Shown: one piece after another, positions 1 to 12,310 of the stretch | Layout of the letters: every line of letters starts with the position of its first letter | Position numbering within the stretch: position 1 is the first letter of the stretch | Origin: Lingula anatina | Taxonomy: Eukaryota > Animalia > Brachiopoda | Length of the DNA: 64,000 bases | Reading direction: 5' to 3' | NCBI GenBank assembly: GCA_051362555.1 | Contig: CM120644.1 | Coordinates: 12,546,567 to 12,610,566 of the forward strand | Made by a program: the position numbers and the translations under genes | Notes under the pieces: generated by a model | What the model saw: only the letters and a program-made list of their open reading frames with translations | Told to the model about the DNA's origin: nothing | Database searches by the model: none

Positions 1-84
1 GCAATCGCTGAATTCTGTTTTACGGAAAATCCTGACAACGAATACAACGAGTTCTACGGTCCGCTCGTTGACAATGAAAATTGA
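1..84 (+). CDS. EF-hand SCP/photoprotein-like protein, copy A (3' end only)
   Basis: Frame 1 reads AIAEFCFTENPDNEYNEFYGPLVDNEN*, matching the C-terminus of the downstream paralogs; truncated by the window start. Confidence 0.85.
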   Translation, partial: AIAEFCFTENPDNEYNEFYGPLVDNEN

Positions 85-1474
85 TGTTTTTTTTTCTATC
101 GCCAAAAAGAGCAAAAAACAAAAAAAAAAACAAAAAAAAAAAAAACAAATATTTTGCCCAAATAATTATTGAGTTTACAAGACATAAACAGTGACGGTTA
201 CATCATTATATGTTTTAAATATTAGTTCATCGTAAACATATTGTATGTTAGACACGTGTATAAGTTTTTTTAGATAAATATTTTAACACGTAGTATGAAT
301 TGTATGAGACCATGCAATCAACCTTACCGATATGGTCGGATGCTGTATGCTTCTGTCAAAATTATAAGCTTTTATTTCAAATGTAGTCCATTTGAATGCA
401 AAAAAAAAAAAACTTTTTTCACAAAATAAGCCTCAACTTTCATGATGTTCACCTTTAATTCTTGTAAATCTACCTTTGCCGTCATGCAGTATTTTCATCT
501 CAATAGTTTTATCTAAACACATGCTGACATTTCCAAAGGCCTGACGCCTTGCGCTAGTTACATTTGCCGAATAGCCAAATATACAGTAGTGGCCTTCTTT
601 ATGCTGTTCAGAATTGGTTAATTTTGCATCAAAAGTAAATGATGATTGAGTGCACTTAAATATGTATTAGTATCTTCCCCTGTACCTTTGACAGTGTTGC
701 TGTCTTTTCTAAGATTTCAAGCGAGATGTACCATTAAAGATAGACCGAGGTCCTTTTCTCATAGATCTGTATACTAAAGCTACATGTATTATACCGGTAC
801 ACTTGCAAAGGCCCTTACGTAAAAGTACGCACGATACTCCCCAACACAAGTTCGTTCCTTGCTCTTTACCTAATTAATAATAACTTTACATATATAGTTT
901 AGTTTAGTTTAGTTTATTTCACTGTAACATATGCATCCACTTGTGTGGATGAAAATGACAATATGAATACAATTTTTGTGAATATGTTATTAAACAATCA
1001 CAATGAGTAAGGATATTTAATTATTTACTATTTAAAAGAGAGATCGAGGCTCCGTACAGGCGATTCTTTTACGTAAAACGTAGGGATTAAAGTTGTCAAC
1101 TTCACAAGGCGTAAAAGTGCAACGCCAAAGTAAACCGTTCCTACTCGATGAGAAAAGGGTCTCAGTCTCGAGAAACTTGGTGACACGCCATTGCTATAAT
1201 GAATTGCAGATACACATAATATATGCGATACGAAAACTAACGGCCCCGAACTTCATTGCGTTCAAATCAGCTTACAAAACGAGTTGATATGCGATACTTA
1301 AATGTTGACTGGGTGAAAATGAACACAAAAGAAAGAGCTTCTCTCACATTTTAATGAATATGTCTTTTTGTAACCTGCATACAAATGTTTTATTCAGACC
1401 ACACAATCATTCGTAACATAGAACAAGCGTGTGAAATTAAAGCACCTTGCGGGCCAAAAATTTCTTGCAAAGCA

Positions 1475-3272
1475 ATGCTGAATATGTCCAGACTTATTCA
1501 ACACCGCCTGCTTGGGCTAGCGATGATAGGACCACCTAACAGAAAATATGGAAGATTTATCCTACTTGCACAAAACTTATCAAAGAAGATACAGCCGCCC
1601 GTATTTGTTAAACAAAGGGAAATGACGCCAGTTATCCACCTCAAGCAAGGCCTGGTGAAACAGTCATGGCGTTTTAGAAAGGTTAGTGATATAAGATATT
1701 GTTTTAAATCTTTCGTCTCCATGTGCTCATTTTCAAGTCAATAAATCCTTGTCTAAAATACTATCAAAGCAAGACATAGAGCTCTCAGTAATGTTCAATT
1801 CCAAAGCGAAGATTTGTTAAAAAAAGGTAGTACTTTTGTCTGCGATATATCATGTCATGAAGCAATTAAAGTAATTTTTGACATCTATCAGGCTTTTGAT
1901 AGTGGATATATTAATGATGGTAAGTCTGGGTCATACTGCGCTTGCAACTTTTTTGTAACCCTTTGGCAAATTCAGTCGCAAGGAGGTTGTCATAGGTTTT
2001 TAAGTGGTTGCATAATGTTGCTTACAGGTTGCAAGCTATCATTGACACATAAACATTTTTTGTGCACCGACAACAGATGCGACTGAGGATGACAAATATT
2101 GGTACCCCAATGGTTGCTTATCGGTCTTTTCTTTGTTGCCAGTAGTTCGTTATAACCAGACTAAAACCAGGCCACTTGCAACTGCACGGTTAAACAAGGA
2201 CTTAAGCATAATGAATTTCGGGGTTCGAAAGAACCGCCCCTTTTGCTGGGAAAAGGTCCACTCTGGGTAAAATTTGATCTAGGTACACGAAGTTTTTATG
2301 GAAAAAGGTCCACTTTACTGGCCAAATGTGAATAAATACAACAAGCAATATTGAATAAGTGCCGAAGTGTAAACTTTGTATTTCCGTGCTCTTTCAGCCT
2401 GTGGAATACCCTCAAATAACTGGCTCGGTTCACTGGAGACGAAAAATGCGCACCTTATTTAGGGCCTTCGACGTAAACGGTGATGGTTACTTGACAAAAG
2501 AAGATTTTGAGATGAGCGCCAGGCGTGGTTCAGAGTACATGAATCTTGATGGTAAGTGTATTTTAATAAATGTATTTTAATACACAAAATTAAATTTTTG
2601 AATATAAATAGAAATATTGGTTTCATATTGTAGGCTCGTTTGGCAATAAAAGCAATATTGTGTTTCTTTAATATTTTATCATTTATCCAGTAAGTAACCC
2701 TTTTTTATTTCGCACAGACGCGTGCACACGCATTTAACGTACAAATGTGTCTTTCAGTCAAAACAATTAAAAAACAAATATAAAAAAGGACTATTGTAAT
2801 ATACATAGTCATTGTCTATTTATATATATACTGTAATGTATACATTTCAGACGAAAACACTAAAATTCTTCTAGACCAACGCCTTATCTACTGGAGAGAT
2901 TCAATTTCTAAAGATTCGACAGGTAGGAATACAAGTAAAATATTCGAGGATCAGTTCGTGGAGAATCAGCTCGTCAACATGAACGACATCAATTTCCGAG
3001 AAATTTACTGTGATATCCTTTCTTCGAGATTTCAAATGATGGATCTTGACGGCGATGGACTTATTTCTCCAGATAAACATGCTGCTATTTTCTACAGTTT
3101 CAATATCCCTACTGAGCACTCAAAGAAAGTATTCGACATCATAGATAGCGACAGTGACGGCTTCATTACCCAAGAAGATTTCATTCACGCATATATTGAA
3201 TTTTATTTAACCGAAAATCCTGACAACAAATACAACGAGTGCTACGGTCCGCTCGTTGACAATAAAAATTGA
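1475..3272 (+). CDS. EF-hand SCP/photoprotein-like Ca2+-binding protein, copy B (intact); 260-aa form with basic leader and possible 192-aa short form
   Basis: Exons: leader 1475-1681 (GT donor, phase 0) or ATG-only 1917-1919 (ATG|GTAAGT); 2398-2551 (PVEYPQITGSVHWRRKMRTLFRAFDVNGDGYLTKED..); 2851-3272. Phases are consistent. EF loops DVNGDGYLTKED, DLDGDGLISPDK, DSDSDGFITQED; degenerate EF2 and C-terminal YGPL as in the invertebrate SCP / luciferin-binding / aequorin superfamily. Confidence 0.85.
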
Positions 3273-4886
3273 TGTTTTTTTTCTATCGCCAAAAGAGAAA
3301 AAACAAATGTTTTGCCCAAATGATTGTCGAGTTTACAAGAAACACATATGTACTGCAATGAAAATAACATTTCATATATTAAGTTTTCGAGATAAGGACC
3401 TAAATATACGGGATCAGTAAAAAAAGGCAAGTACAGAAATAAATGCCGAATGTGTAAAACACAAAATGAACAAAATGACCTATGAATTCCAGGAGAGGAC
3501 TGTTGTACTTGTATATTACCTTAGTCACATATAAAGTAATATAAATGAATGTAGACGTTTGTTCGTGAAATATTTGTTGTGAGACGATAACACATGATGC
3601 TAAAACTCTCTGAAATATATTCAAAGATTTGATATATTACAATTAATTTAATAGCTTGTAACAGGCACGTAGTTTGCTCTAGCATTAGCTTGCACTGACA
3701 CTAAAAGCAGATATCAAGTCTTTTCATAAAGTAAAAATGTTATGTAGCTTAAAAGAAAAGCCGTGAATAGGAACACCAACAGTTACATCAATATTTATCG
3801 TAAACATACCCCATATTACACACCTGTATAAGTTTTCTTAAATTAATATTTTTACACGCAGTATGAATTGTATGAGACCAATCAACCTTACCGATATGGT
3901 TGCATGCTGTATGCTTATGTCAAAATTAAAAGCTTTTATTTCAAATGTTGTCCATTTGAATGTAAAAAACATTTTTCACAAAATAAGCCTCAACTCTCAT
4001 GGCGTTCATCTTCAATTCTTGTACATCTTCTTTTGCAGTTATGTAGTATTTTCATGTCTGTAGTTTCATCTAAAAACACACTGCCATTTCCACAGGTCTG
4101 ATGCCTTGCGCTAGTTGTATTTTCCGAATAACCACAGATACAGTAGTAAAATTAAAGAACCAATGCTAGAATTGTAGAATTGGTTAATTTTCCATCATAA
4201 GTATGTAAATGATTACCCAGTGCCCTAGCATCGTCTGCTGAAAGCCTGCACCCTTTTCATTAAAGATTTGAAGCGGGATATACCATTAAAGATAGACTGA
4301 GGTCCTTTTCTCATAGATCGGTATTCTATAGCTACATGTATTATACCGGTACACTTGCAAAGGCCCTTACATAAAAGTACGTGCGATACTCCCCAACACA
4401 AGTTCGTTCCCTGCTCTTTACTTCATTAATTTTAAGTTTACAGCAAGATCGAGGCTCCTTATAGGCGATTATCTTACGTAATACGTAGGGTTTAAAGTTG
4501 TCAATTTCGCAAAGTGTAAAAGTGCAACGCCAAAGTATACCGTTCCTGCTCGATGGGAAAAGGGTCTCAGTCTCGAGAAACTTGGTGACACGCCATTGTT
4601 ATAATGAAATGCAAATACACATAATATCTGCGATAAGAAAACTAACGGTCCCGACCTTTATATAACGTTCTGACTATCAGCTTACTAAACGAGTTGATAT
4701 GCGATACTTAATTGTTGACTGTGTGGAAATGTACACAAAAAACACAACTTCTTTCACATTTCAGTGAAAATGTCTTTTTGTAGCCTGCATACAAATATGT
4801 TTAATTCAGACCAAACTATCATTCGTAAAATAGAACAAGCGTGTGAACGTAAAGCGCTTTTCGGGCCAGAAATTTCTTGTAAAGCA

Positions 4887-7110
4887 ATGCTGAATATGCC
4901 AAGACTTATTCAACACCGCCTGCTTGGACTAGCGATGATAGGACCAACAAACAGAAAATATGGGAGATTAATTCTACCTGCTCAAAACTTATCAAAGAAG
5001 ATAACAGTGCTCGTATTTGATAAACAAAGGGGAATGGCGCCAGTTATCCACCTCAAGCAAGGCCTGGTGAAACAGCCATGGCGTTTTAGAAAGGTTGGTG
5101 ACATTAGATACTGTGTTAAGTCATTCGTCTCCATGTGTTCTTTTTCAAGTCAATGAATCTTTGTCTTAAATAATATCAAAGCAAGACAACAATAATATTC
5201 AATTCCAAAGTCAAGATCTGTTAAAAAAAGGTGGTACTTTTGTCTGCGATATATCATGTGATGAAGCAATCAAAGCAATTTTTGACATCTATCACGCTTT
5301 TGATAGTGGAGATTTTTATGATAGCAATTAAGTCTGGGACATACTTTGCTTGCAACCTTTTTGTAACCCTTTGGCAAACTCAGTCGCAAGGAGGTTGTCA
5401 TAGGTTTTTAAGTGGTTGCATAATGTTGCTTACAGGCTAAAAGCTATCATTGACACATAAACCTTTTTTGTGCACCGACAACAAATGCGACTGAGGATGA
5501 CAAATATTGGTACCCCAATGGTTGCTTATCGGTCTTTTCTTTGTTGCCAGTAGTTCGTTATAACCAGACTAAAACTTGCAACTGCACGGTTGAACAAGGA
5601 CTTAAGCAAAATGGAATTTATAAGCATCATTATTACAGTGCTGGTTGCAATACAAATTAGATATTTAGCTATAGCAATGTATGTTTTCTTACAATCGTTA
5701 AAAAAAGAAAGCGCGTGACGAAACTAACCCGACTTCCAAGTATACAGCAGCCAGCACGCTTCCTGGTCTTTATGAAGGTTCCATTTCACTAGGTTTTCTT
5801 GTCTTCTGAGAGGGAAATAGATGTGAATTCAGCTACCGTCATAAGTTTGCAACACATATAATCTGTGCGACTTTGTGGTTACCAGTCGGCAATCGATCGC
5901 TACAGCCCTGCAGCCGTTTCCCATTTATCAAGTGGTCGCTGACAGGTTGTGTATCGCCCTGCAAACGGTGTTCGACTGGTAAACTATAGGTTGAATGTGG
6001 TTTTTAGAGGTTGCTTATACCATACATACCGCCACATTGTTGTGCAAGAAGTTGCCGATCAAAATATACCAAAGCTTCTTATTCAGCTCTCAAAGTGATC
6101 ACAAGCGACCACCAGATTTTGTGGTTGTTAAAAGGTTGTCAAAAGGTTGCAAGCACAGTTTGACCCGTGCTTTACTGGCCAAATGTGAATAAATACAACA
6201 AGCAATATAACATAAGTGCCCAAGTGAAACCTTGGTATTTCCTTGCTCTTTCAGCCTGTGGAAAACCCTCAAATAACTGGCACCGATCATTGGAGACGAA
6301 AAATGCGCACTGTATTTAGGGCCTTCGACGTAAACGGTGATGGTTACTTGACCAGAGAAGATGTAGAGATGAGCGCCAGGCGGAATTCAGAGTTCATGAA
6401 GCTTGATGGTAAACGTATTAATTTTTAATATAAATGACAATATTGGTTTCATACTAAAGGCTTGTTTGGCTATAAAAGCAATACTATATATTATGTTTCT
6501 AAAATATTTTATCATTTATCCAGTAAGTAGGCCTAACCCTTTTTATTTCGCACAGACGCGTACACACGCATTTAACGTATAAATGTGTCTTTCAGTCAAA
6601 ACAATTAAAAAACAAATATAAAAAAGGACTATTGTAATATACATAGTCTTCGATCTATTTGTATATATACTGTACCGTAAACATTTCAGACGAAAACACC
6701 AAAATCCTTCTTGACCATCGCCTTACCTTTTGGAGAGATTCAATTTCTAAAGATTCGGCAGGTAGAAATATAAGTAAAATATCCGAGGATCAGTTCGTGG
6801 AGAATCAGCTCGTCACCATGAACAACAATAATTTCCGAGAAAGTTTCTTTGATATCCTTTCTTCAAGATTTCAAATGATGGATCTTGACGGCGATGGACT
6901 TATTTCTCCAGATGAACATGCTGCTATTTTCTACGGTTTCAACATCCCTACTGAGCACTCGAAAAAGTGTTCGACATCATAGACAGCGACAGTGACGGCT
7001 TCATTACCCATGAAGAGTTCATTCGCGCATTTATTGAATTTTATTTAACCGAAAATCCTGACAACAAATACAACGAGTTCCACGGTCCGCTCGTTGACAA
7101 TAAAAATTGA
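4887..7110 (+). pseudogene. EF-hand SCP-like copy C; single 1-nt frameshift (pseudogene or homopolymer sequencing error)
   Basis: Leader exon 4887-5093, exon 6255-6408, exon 6690-7110 (421 nt vs 422 in B). One A is missing in the run at ~6962-6966; the short-form ATG|GT donor is degraded at 5318-5330. Confidence 0.75.
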
Positions 7111-8183
7111 TGTTTTTTTCTATCTACAAAAGAGAAAAACAAATATTTTACCCAAATGATTTTTGAGTTTACAAGAAATGCATATCTAATGCAATGAACA
7201 TAACATTTCATATATTAAGATTCGAGATGAGTGCCTGAACATACGGGAACAGTAAAAAAAGACACGTATGTTAAGATCATAAACTAACAATATTATGCAG
7301 CTTATGAATTGTATGAGACCAATCAACCTTCCCAAAATGGTTGAATGCTGCTGAATGTTTAGTACAAGGGACAAAATAGACAATAAGTAAAAAAACTGTA
7401 AAATTAAATCATTTTCAGTACGAAGTAATTGCTTGTAACAGGAACATGGTTTGTTCTAACTCGCACTGACACTAAAAACTGATACGTTTTTCATAAACTA
7501 ACGATGTTATGCAGCTCTTCCACATCTAGGACGCCGAACAAGTGGATGCTCGTTGATCTTATCTGTACGCTTCTGTCATACTTGTAAGCTTTTATTTCAA
7601 ACGACTCCATTCGAATGTTAAAACTTTTTTCACAAAATAAACCTCAACTCTCATGACGTTCACCTTCAATTCTTGTAAATCAGTTGCAGTATTTTTATAT
7701 CAATAGTTTTATCTAAGCACATAATGACATCTCCACAGGCCTGTTGCCTGGCCCAAGTTACATTCCCAACAGACACAGATAAGTTGGTACAATTAAAGAA
7801 TCAATGGTAATCATGCTGTTAAGAATTGGTTAATTTTCCATCAAAAGTATCAAAATGATTATTGAATGCCCTTAAATAGGTACTATTATCTTCTGCTTTA
7901 TGCCTGTACCTTTGACAGCGTTGCTGCCTTGTTTTTATTTTCTTTTTTTTTTAGATTTGAAGCGGGATATACCATTAAAGATCAGCTTACAAAACGAGTT
8001 GATATGCGATACTTAAATGCTGACTGGGTGAAAAAGTACACAAAAGAAACGGCTCCTCTCACATTTCAGTGAATGGTTCTTTTGCAGCCTGCATACAAAT
8101 GTTTAATTCAGACCACACTTCGTAATACAGAACAAGCGTGTGAACTTTAGGCGCTTTTCGGGACAGAAATTTCTTGCAAACTA

Positions 8184-9286
8184 ATGCTGAATATGCCAAG
8201 ACTTATTCAACGCCGCCTGCTTGGGCTAGTGACGATAGTACAACCTTACAGAAAATATGGGAGATTTATCCTACCTGCGCAAAACTTATTAAAGAAGATA
8301 GAGCTGCCCGTATTTTCTAAACAAAGGGAAATGACGCCAGTTATCCAGCTCAATCAAGGCCTGGTGAAGCAGCCACTGCGTTTGAGAAAGGTAAGTGATA
8401 ACTGATACTGTGTGTGAAGTCTTTCGACCCCATATGTACCTTTACAAGCCAATAAATTCTAATTGGCACCGATCATTGGAAGCGCAAGATGCGCACCTTG
8501 TTTAGGGTCTTCGACGTAAACGGTGTTGGTTGCTTAATAGAAGAAGATATGGAGATTTTCGGCAGACGTACTGCAGAGTATATGAAGCTTAATGGTATAT
8601 GTATTAATTTTTGTTAAAAAATGTTGGATTCGTGTTTTAATTGCAGGCCTGCTTGGTAATGAAAATGATACGTAATTGTTTCTAAACCATATTATTATAT
8701 ATTTTTCTAAACGATATTAGAAACTTATTTTATTTTTGCACAAACATTTCACTTTTATGTCATTATCAGCGAAAATCAATAAAAATATCAACCTACTCCA
8801 GCAGTATTTAAATATTCACATATATTCGCGTATTTTATTTTAAACATACGGTACTGTGTATATTTCAGTCGAAAACACCAAAATTTTTATTAACCAACGC
8901 CGCACCTACATGAGAGATTCAATTTCTAAAGATTCGACAGGAGAAAGTAAAGGCAAATTATTCGAGGATGATTTCGTGATGACCTCGTCAACATGAATGA
9001 AAGCAAGTTCCGAAAAATATCCTTTGATATCCTTTCTTCAAGATTCCAAATGATGGATATTGATGGAGATGGACTTGTGTCTCTAAATGAACATGCTGCT
9101 TTTTTCTACAGTTTCAACATCCCTTCCGAGTATTCAGATAAAATATTTGACATCATGGACGCTGACAATGATGGCTTCATCTCCAAGGAAGAGTTTGTTC
9201 ACGCACGCACTGAATTCTGGTTCACCGAAAATCCGGACAACAAATACAATGAATGCTTTGGTCCACTCATTGACATTGAAAATTGA
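8184..9286 (+). pseudogene. EF-hand SCP-like copy D, pseudogene
   Basis: Leader exon 8184-8390 is intact. A deletion at ~8461 removes the ATG exon, the acceptor and the start of the next exon. EF1 is decayed (DVNGVGCLIEED). The last exon 8869-9286 is 4 nt short (frameshift near 8978). Confidence 0.85.
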
Positions 9287-9907
9287 AACGATGTTTTCTA
9301 TTACCGGTTACCAAATACTTCAAATGATAATTCGGTTCACTAAAACGCAATATAAACTTAAATGTTGCACGGCATATTAAATATCAATATTCTAGACGTA
9401 AGTCTTATATATACTAAATATATGCGATTTATTAAACTAACAGAAACGGTTGATGTCGAAGAGGTTAAAGCACAAAATGAACAAAGTCATATTTGGATCT
9501 AGTTAAAGGACTGTTGCAACAGGACAAGTATACAAACTTACATGCAACATACAAAATGACTGTAACGATTCTTGTGGTTGATAGTGAAATTTTCTGTTGT
9601 GAGACGATAAAACATAATGTTGACGCTCGATCACTCATATAGATTCAAAATTTATATGTATTCTGATACATACCCTGTATTATATTTCAGATTGAAGCTG
9701 CACACGTGTTCTCTGACACTATAAGCTGATATTATTTTTTTTTCTATCGCCAAGCTCTAGCGATGATATTGAACTTAGTTGGCAACAGCTGTGCATCAAA
9801 CTGTATATCATATCTTTTAAAAATAAGTTTACTGCTAATGTATTTCATTATTGTACCACCAGCGTAGGCGCTGGCGGTACACATGGTTTTAGTCCCGACC
9901 CGTATGT

Positions 9908-9969
9908 TCCGCCGGCTCCTGCGGCTCCGCCGGCTCCTGCGGCTCCGCCGGCTCCTGCGGCTCCGCCGC
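9908..9969. repeat. 18-bp GC-rich minisatellite (TCCGCCGGCTCCTGCGGC x ~3.4) inside the HINE
   Basis: Direct reading; it occupies the position of the microsatellite typical of HINE/DINE-1 elements. Confidence 0.85.
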
Positions 9970-10874
9970 CAAGTCACCGTTACCGCTTCTCCTCCTAGAC
10001 GGTAAGGGCCTCCATACCCATCTCTTGGATTTAGGTCACCTATAATCTCAACTCGTTCCACGTAAAATTTGGGCTTTGTCGGTATTGGGGTCTAGGTGTG
10101 GCACTCATTGCAATGCACCCTTGTCCAAAAATGGCAAAATTAAATGCTAATTATCTCCCCTACGGAAGGAATTTTGGGAAAAATTTCTACAGACAGCTTT
10201 CCAAAAGTCATATGTGTAGATTTCATATATGCCCTTGGATTTGACCTTTGACCTTTATTTCAAGGTCAAACAGGCCAAAATTTTCAAAAAAACAAAATTT
10301 TTGCCGAAAAAAAAATTATTTGCGGCCTTATTCAGATACCACACAGACTTAACTAATAATAATTATGGAAAGTGTTACCCTTCGGGTCATCTTTCATCTC
10401 CGTGAACTTTGGGTCAATCGGTGCATTTTCACGGTAGTAGCGGCCATAAGATATCGAAACTTAAAACTGTCTCTAATTTGGGAACCGTTAATGCTAGACA
10501 CCCATTCTCTTTTGCATTTTGTAGAGCATGTAAAGCCCAACACTGGAGGTGGTCTCCGTTTTTTTGTATTCCATACCGTTTTCGAGTTACGCTGTATCAA
10601 AAAGTACATATTGGTGATGAAAGCAAAATGTGTAGTACGGTAATGGATAATAAATTTTGAATTCCGGAAAAATAAAACATAAGGCTTGGCAAAGCAGACA
10701 ACTTGTGGTCAAAAATAACATTATTTCATCAAATTTGAACATCTGGAACTTCAGAGCACCTCCCATTTCAAGAATTTTGACCAAAATGACCTTTTCTTTA
10801 TTTTAATTAATTTTTTCTGTAGGAAATTTATGGCACATTATGGTAACTCCAAAATTATAACATTTAGTCCCTTA

Positions 10875-12310
10875 TATCTCCAAAACTGGCAGAGATAGGT
10901 CCATAGTTACTATTGAAGTTGAATAGGAAGTCATATACTGGCAATCTAAATGTGACCTTAAAATTGACCTTTGACCTACTTTTCACAATGAACTGAACTT
11001 TGCAAATTTTGCTTCCCTTTTATCTCCAAAACTGGCAGAGATAGGTCCATAGTTTCTATTGAACTTGAATAGGAAGTCATATACTGGCAATCTAAATGTG
11101 ACCTTAAAATTGACCTTTGACCTACTTTTCACCATGAACTGAACTTTGCAAATTTTGCTTCCCTTTTATCTCCAAAACTGGCAGAGATAGGTCCATAGTT
11201 ACTATTGAAGTTGAATAGGAAGTCATATACTGGCAATCTAAATGTGACCTTAAAATTGACCTTTGACCTACTTTTCACCATGAACTGAACTTTGCAAATT
11301 TTGCTTCCCTTTTATCTCCAAAACTGGCAGAGATAGGTCCATAGTCTCTATTGAACTTGAATAGGAAGTCATATACTGGCAATCTACATGTGACCTTAAA
11401 ATTGACCTTTAACCTACTTTTCACCATGAATTGAACTTTGCAAATTTTGCTTCCCTTTTATCTCCAAAACTGGCAGAGATAGGTCCATAGTTACTATTGA
11501 AGTTGAATAGGAAGTCATATACTGGCAATCTTAATGTGACCTTAAAATTGACCTTTGACCTACTTTTCACCATGAACTGAACTTTGCAAATTTTGCTTCC
11601 CTTTTATCTCCAAAACTGGCAGAGATAGGTCCATAGTCTCTATTGAACTTGAATAGGAAGTCATATACTGGCAATCTACATGTGACCTTAAAATTGACCT
11701 TTGACCTACTTTTCACCATGAATTGAACTTTGCAAATTTTGCTTCCCTTTTATCTCCAAAACTGGCAGAGATAGGTCCATAGTTACTATTGAAGTTGAAT
11801 AGGAAGTCATATACTGGCAATCTAAATGTGACCTTAAAATTGACCTTTGACCTACTTTTCACCATGAACTGAACTTTGCAAATTTTGCTTCCCTTTTATC
11901 TCCAAAACTGGCAGAGATAGGTCCATAGTCTCTATTGAAGTTGAATAGGAAGTCATATACTGGCAATCTAAAAGTGACCTTAAAATTGACCTTTGACCTA
12001 CTTTTCACCATGAACTGAACTTTGCATATTTTGCTTCTCCTTTATCTCCAAAACTGGCAGAGATAGGTCCATAGTTACTATTGAACGTGAATAGGAAGTC
12101 ATATACTGGCAATCTAAGTGTGACCTTGAAATTGACCTTTGACCTACTTATTATCATGAACTGAACTCTGCTAATTTCTTTTTCTTTTAACTCCAAACCT
12201 GGCAGAGATAGGCCCATAGTTTCTATTGAAGTTGAATAGGAAGTCATATACTGGCAATTTACTGTGACCTTGGAATTGACCTTTGACCTACCTTACGATG
12301 AACTTAACTT
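10875..12310. repeat. 146-bp tandem satellite, ~10 copies
   Basis: TATCTCCAAAACTGGCAGAGATAGG recurs at 10875, 11021, 11167, 11313, 11459, 11605, 11751, 11897, 12043 and ~12188; contains the TTGACCTTTGACC motif. Confidence 0.95.

Noticed and set aside
1385-1474. Upstream in-frame extension of the leader ORF (MFYSDHT..)
   Set aside because: The ATG lies before a TTCAG acceptor (1397), and this part has indels in copies D and E; probably intron plus 5' UTR.
9744-10061. ORF with RRSRRSRRS repeats resembling an SR/protamine-like protein
   Set aside because: It is the translation of the 18-bp minisatellite inside the HINE and runs across the element boundary.
10875-12310. Regular repeat array as a possible CRISPR
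   Set aside because: Whole 146-bp monomers repeat with no unique spacers; eukaryotic context and no cas genes.
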